Both the position numbers and the translations under genes were made by a program. From Thermodesulfobacteriota bacterium (GTDB lineage: Bacteria; Desulfobacterota; BSN033; UBA1163): DNA of 64,000 bases. The notes under the pieces are model-generated. The model was not told the DNA's origin and did not search any database. It saw nothing but the letters and a program-made list of their open reading frames with translations. The stretch lies in the NCBI GenBank assembly GCA_047519465.1, contig JAPVTA010000075.1, forward strand, positions 2,513-66,512, read 5' to 3'. Each line of letters starts with the position of its first letter. The first letter of the stretch is position 1. This document shows, piece after piece, positions 61,673 through 64,000 of the stretch.

Positions 61673-62269
61673 CTATTCTGCCGGCCAAGGTCTACGCTGC
61701 CTATAAAGATCAAGGCGTTCCTGGAACTCCGACGGCTTGGCCGATTTGGATTGTTCCAGAGCCTTCTCCTGCCACTTCACTGCGTTGTCAAAGTCACCCG
61801 TTCTCGCGTACGCTGCGGCAAGGGTGTCTAAATATTCCCCCACTTTCCAATCCGACAGCTCGCAGGCCTTCAGGGCAAGCTTTACAGCTCTTTTTCCGTC
61901 ACCAAAACGCGGCGCCTTGGCCGTTGCAAAGAGCCATGCCAGGTTGTTGTAGGCTTCCGGATCCAGGGGATTCATTTCGATAGCCTTGTTGAAATCCGAG
62001 ATCGCCCGGTCATATTGCCTTCTAAGTCTATACACAATCCCTCGATTGTTGTAAGCCTTAATATATCTCGGGTTGATCTCGATGGCTTGATTGAAATCCG
62101 AGATCGCTTGATCATACTGCCCTTTCTCCCCGTAGGCAGCCCCCCGGTTGTTGTAGAACTTAGCATCCTTCGACTCATCTGGCTTGGGTTGAATAGAGGC
62201 ACAGGAGAACAAAAAGAAGAGAACGATTGGTAGGATAGCTCGGAGGAACCTCATACCACTACGTTTCAT
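61673..62269 (-). CDS. TPR lipoprotein
   Basis: Lipobox LFSC; TPR units; AYNNLAWL.AT...DTLAAAYA..GDF..A..WQ cap. Confidence 0.88.
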   Translation of the reverse strand: MKRSGMRFLRAILPIVLFFLFSCASIQPKPDESKDAKFYNNRGAAYGEKGQYDQAISDFNQAIEINPRYIKAYNNRGIVYRLRRQYDRAISDFNKAIEMNPLDPEAYNNLAWLFATAKAPRFGDGKRAVKLALKACELSDWKVGEYLDTLAAAYARTGDFDNAVKWQEKALEQSKSAKPSEFQERLDLYRQRRPWPAE

Positions 62270-62299
62270 AGTCCCATTCGAAAAAGATGATTTTAACCG

Positions 62300-63154
62300 T
62301 TAGCCCACTCGTCTACATTTCATGATAAGAATAAGCGACCTTTTTTCCTCACCCTTGAAATTGGGATGCCTCTCCATCAATTCTTTAGGAGGCAAGGGTT
62401 CTCGAAGATCCTCTACCACAAATCCACCTTCTCGCAGGGCACGAAAATAATCCTCCAAGGTACGGCAAAAATAATAAGTTTCCTTTGTATCGCATACCGT
62501 CAAGACACCATGATAGACAAGCCTGAGATAATAATTGTCCGTCTTCCACCCGATTCGCTTCCCCTTCTTCCTGTCAGGAGAATCTTCTAAAATCCATCCC
62601 GAACCTGGGGTTAAAAAACAGGGATGGAGCAAAGAAAAAACGAAGAGCCCCCGTGGCCTTATGACGCGGGCGACCTCTTCGATCGTTTCCTCATATCGCT
62701 TGATAAACATGAGGGCCATATTACAGACAACGGCGTCAAAAGAATTCGACGATAACTGGTCTAGGCGGCTCGCATCGCCAATCAGAAACCTAATAGAATG
62801 TGAAAATGGTTCATTTTTCTTTTGAGCAATGTCAATCAGAGTTTTTGAGGCATCGATAGCAGTAATCTGAATATCGCCCTTTGCCAGTTCGGCCAATTTC
62901 CGAGAAAAGTGCCCTTCCCCACATGCGACATCGAGGACGGCCTTGCCTTTCACATCGCCAAGGAGATTGAGGAGAGTAGGATTAATGACATGCTTATGAA
63001 AAAATTCTTCCTTCCTCTTGAACCGGTCGGCGAATTCCTCAGCGGCTTCATCCCAGCACTGCATTGCCTCTTCCTGACTGACAGCATCCGCCGGTACGAC
63101 TGTATCCATGGGAATCATTGTATCTATGGGTATTATTTTATCTTGTCCAGCCAT
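62300..63154 (-). CDS. Class I SAM-dependent methyltransferase
   Basis: VLDVACGEG, FDAVVCNMAL, FVFS..HPCF. Confidence 0.88.
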   Translation of the reverse strand: MAGQDKIIPIDTMIPMDTVVPADAVSQEEAMQCWDEAAEEFADRFKRKEEFFHKHVINPTLLNLLGDVKGKAVLDVACGEGHFSRKLAELAKGDIQITAIDASKTLIDIAQKKNEPFSHSIRFLIGDASRLDQLSSNSFDAVVCNMALMFIKRYEETIEEVARVIRPRGLFVFSLLHPCFLTPGSGWILEDSPDRKKGKRIGWKTDNYYLRLVYHGVLTVCDTKETYYFCRTLEDYFRALREGGFVVEDLREPLPPKELMERHPNFKGEEKRSLILIMKCRRVG

Positions 63155-63215
63155 GGCTTTTTCATTAACCTATTTATATAGAGTCGTCAACGGCAGAATA
63201 AGCTATCATTCGGGA

Positions 63216-63347
63216 GTGAAGCTCCCCGGCCACAGGCCGGGGCCTCCCGGGAAAGAAATATCGTTCAAATTGTGCCCTTTCCTGCCTGCCGGGAGGCAGG
63301 GACCCCGCCTATCCCGCTCTTAGCGGGATGGGGCACTTGCCGGTCAA
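63216..63347 (+). repeat. ~130 nt multi-hairpin repeat (GTGAAGCTCCCC family)
   Basis: Colinear with 52818-52945. Confidence 0.8.
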
Positions 63348-63412
63348 AGGGTTGACTTATTCGAGAAAGCATTCTATGTTTATCGACAAATTTTGTATAA
63401 ATAAGGATCGTT

Positions 63413-64000
63413 ATGATCGTAAGAGATTTTTTGGAAAAGCAGGCCAAGGAAAGGCCAACCAAACCTGCGATTCTGTTTAAGGAGGAGAAGATTACCTTCT
63501 CTGACCTTAACACCCTCTCCAACCGGGTAGCCAATCGACTCCTGAATGCCGGGGTCAAAAAGGGAGATCGCATTGTCCTCCTTTTTCAAAACTGCCCTGA
63601 GTTCTGTGTGGCTTACTTTGCCATCCTTAAAATTGGAGCGATAGCCGTGGTCCTCGATTTTCGTCTCAGCCCCGCTGAAATGGAGCCAATTTTTCAGGAG
63701 GCGGAGGTCTCTGCCGTTGTTACCAATGTGAGACAGAAAGTCTTTATTGATCGCGTGCTAAAAGCTGTTCCTACCTTGCAGCATGTCGTTGTGACGGGGG
63801 CTGAAGGGGAAGACATCAGGAATTGGCACGCCTATGAAGAGATCATCGAAAAGGAATCCTCTGAAAAAATTTCGATTCCCCTTCAAGAAGATGACGAATC
63901 CCTCTACCTTTATACCTCTGGGACGACAGGAAGACCGAAGGGGGTCGTTCTGACAAACAATCATCTCACCTGCTTTCCTGAAACGGTACATCATGCCGTG
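63413..64000 (+). CDS. AMP-binding enzyme / long-chain acyl-CoA ligase, truncated by the window end
   Basis: Open frame from ATG 63413 (MIVRDFLEK...) containing GVKKGDRI and LYTSGTTGRPKGV; absent from the ORF track because it has no stop in the window. Confidence 0.88.
   Translation, partial: MIVRDFLEKQAKERPTKPAILFKEEKITFSDLNTLSNRVANRLLNAGVKKGDRIVLLFQNCPEFCVAYFAILKIGAIAVVLDFRLSPAEMEPIFQEAEVSAVVTNVRQKVFIDRVLKAVPTLQHVVVTGAEGEDIRNWHAYEEIIEKESSEKISIPLQEDDESLYLYTSGTTGRPKGVVLTNNHLTCFPETVHHAV

Overview
Bacterial chromosomal segment. Gene content (LPS GT9, RND pump, several sigma54 promoters, dprA-topA-trmFO) suggests a Gram-negative Desulfobacterota/deltaproteobacterium-like organism; this assignment is inference. 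Positions ~2.0-20.2 kb look like a decaying cargo island at the 3' end of tRNA-Cys (pgsA-tRNA-Gly-tRNA-Cys locus). It carries a sigma54-driven acoABCL-type dehydrogenase whose only lipoyl domain is on E3, two complete Liv-type ABC transporters, an acyl-CoA ligase, and remnants of an integrase, an SDR and a TetR regulator. The rest holds a TetR-TolC-AcrAB efflux operon, a tight operon of poorly characterised predicted nucleic-acid enzymes (EF-like barrel, DUF763, EndoQ, DUF72), envelope genes, a dprA-topA-trmFO cluster split by a 7.5 kb insert, and housekeeping genes (trmN6, ispB, trxA, amrS, pncB). Intergenic spaces contain several palindromic repeat families and a ~210 nt long imperfect inverted repeat. 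No CRISPR array or rRNA was seen. All calls come from motif reading by eye; no database search was run.
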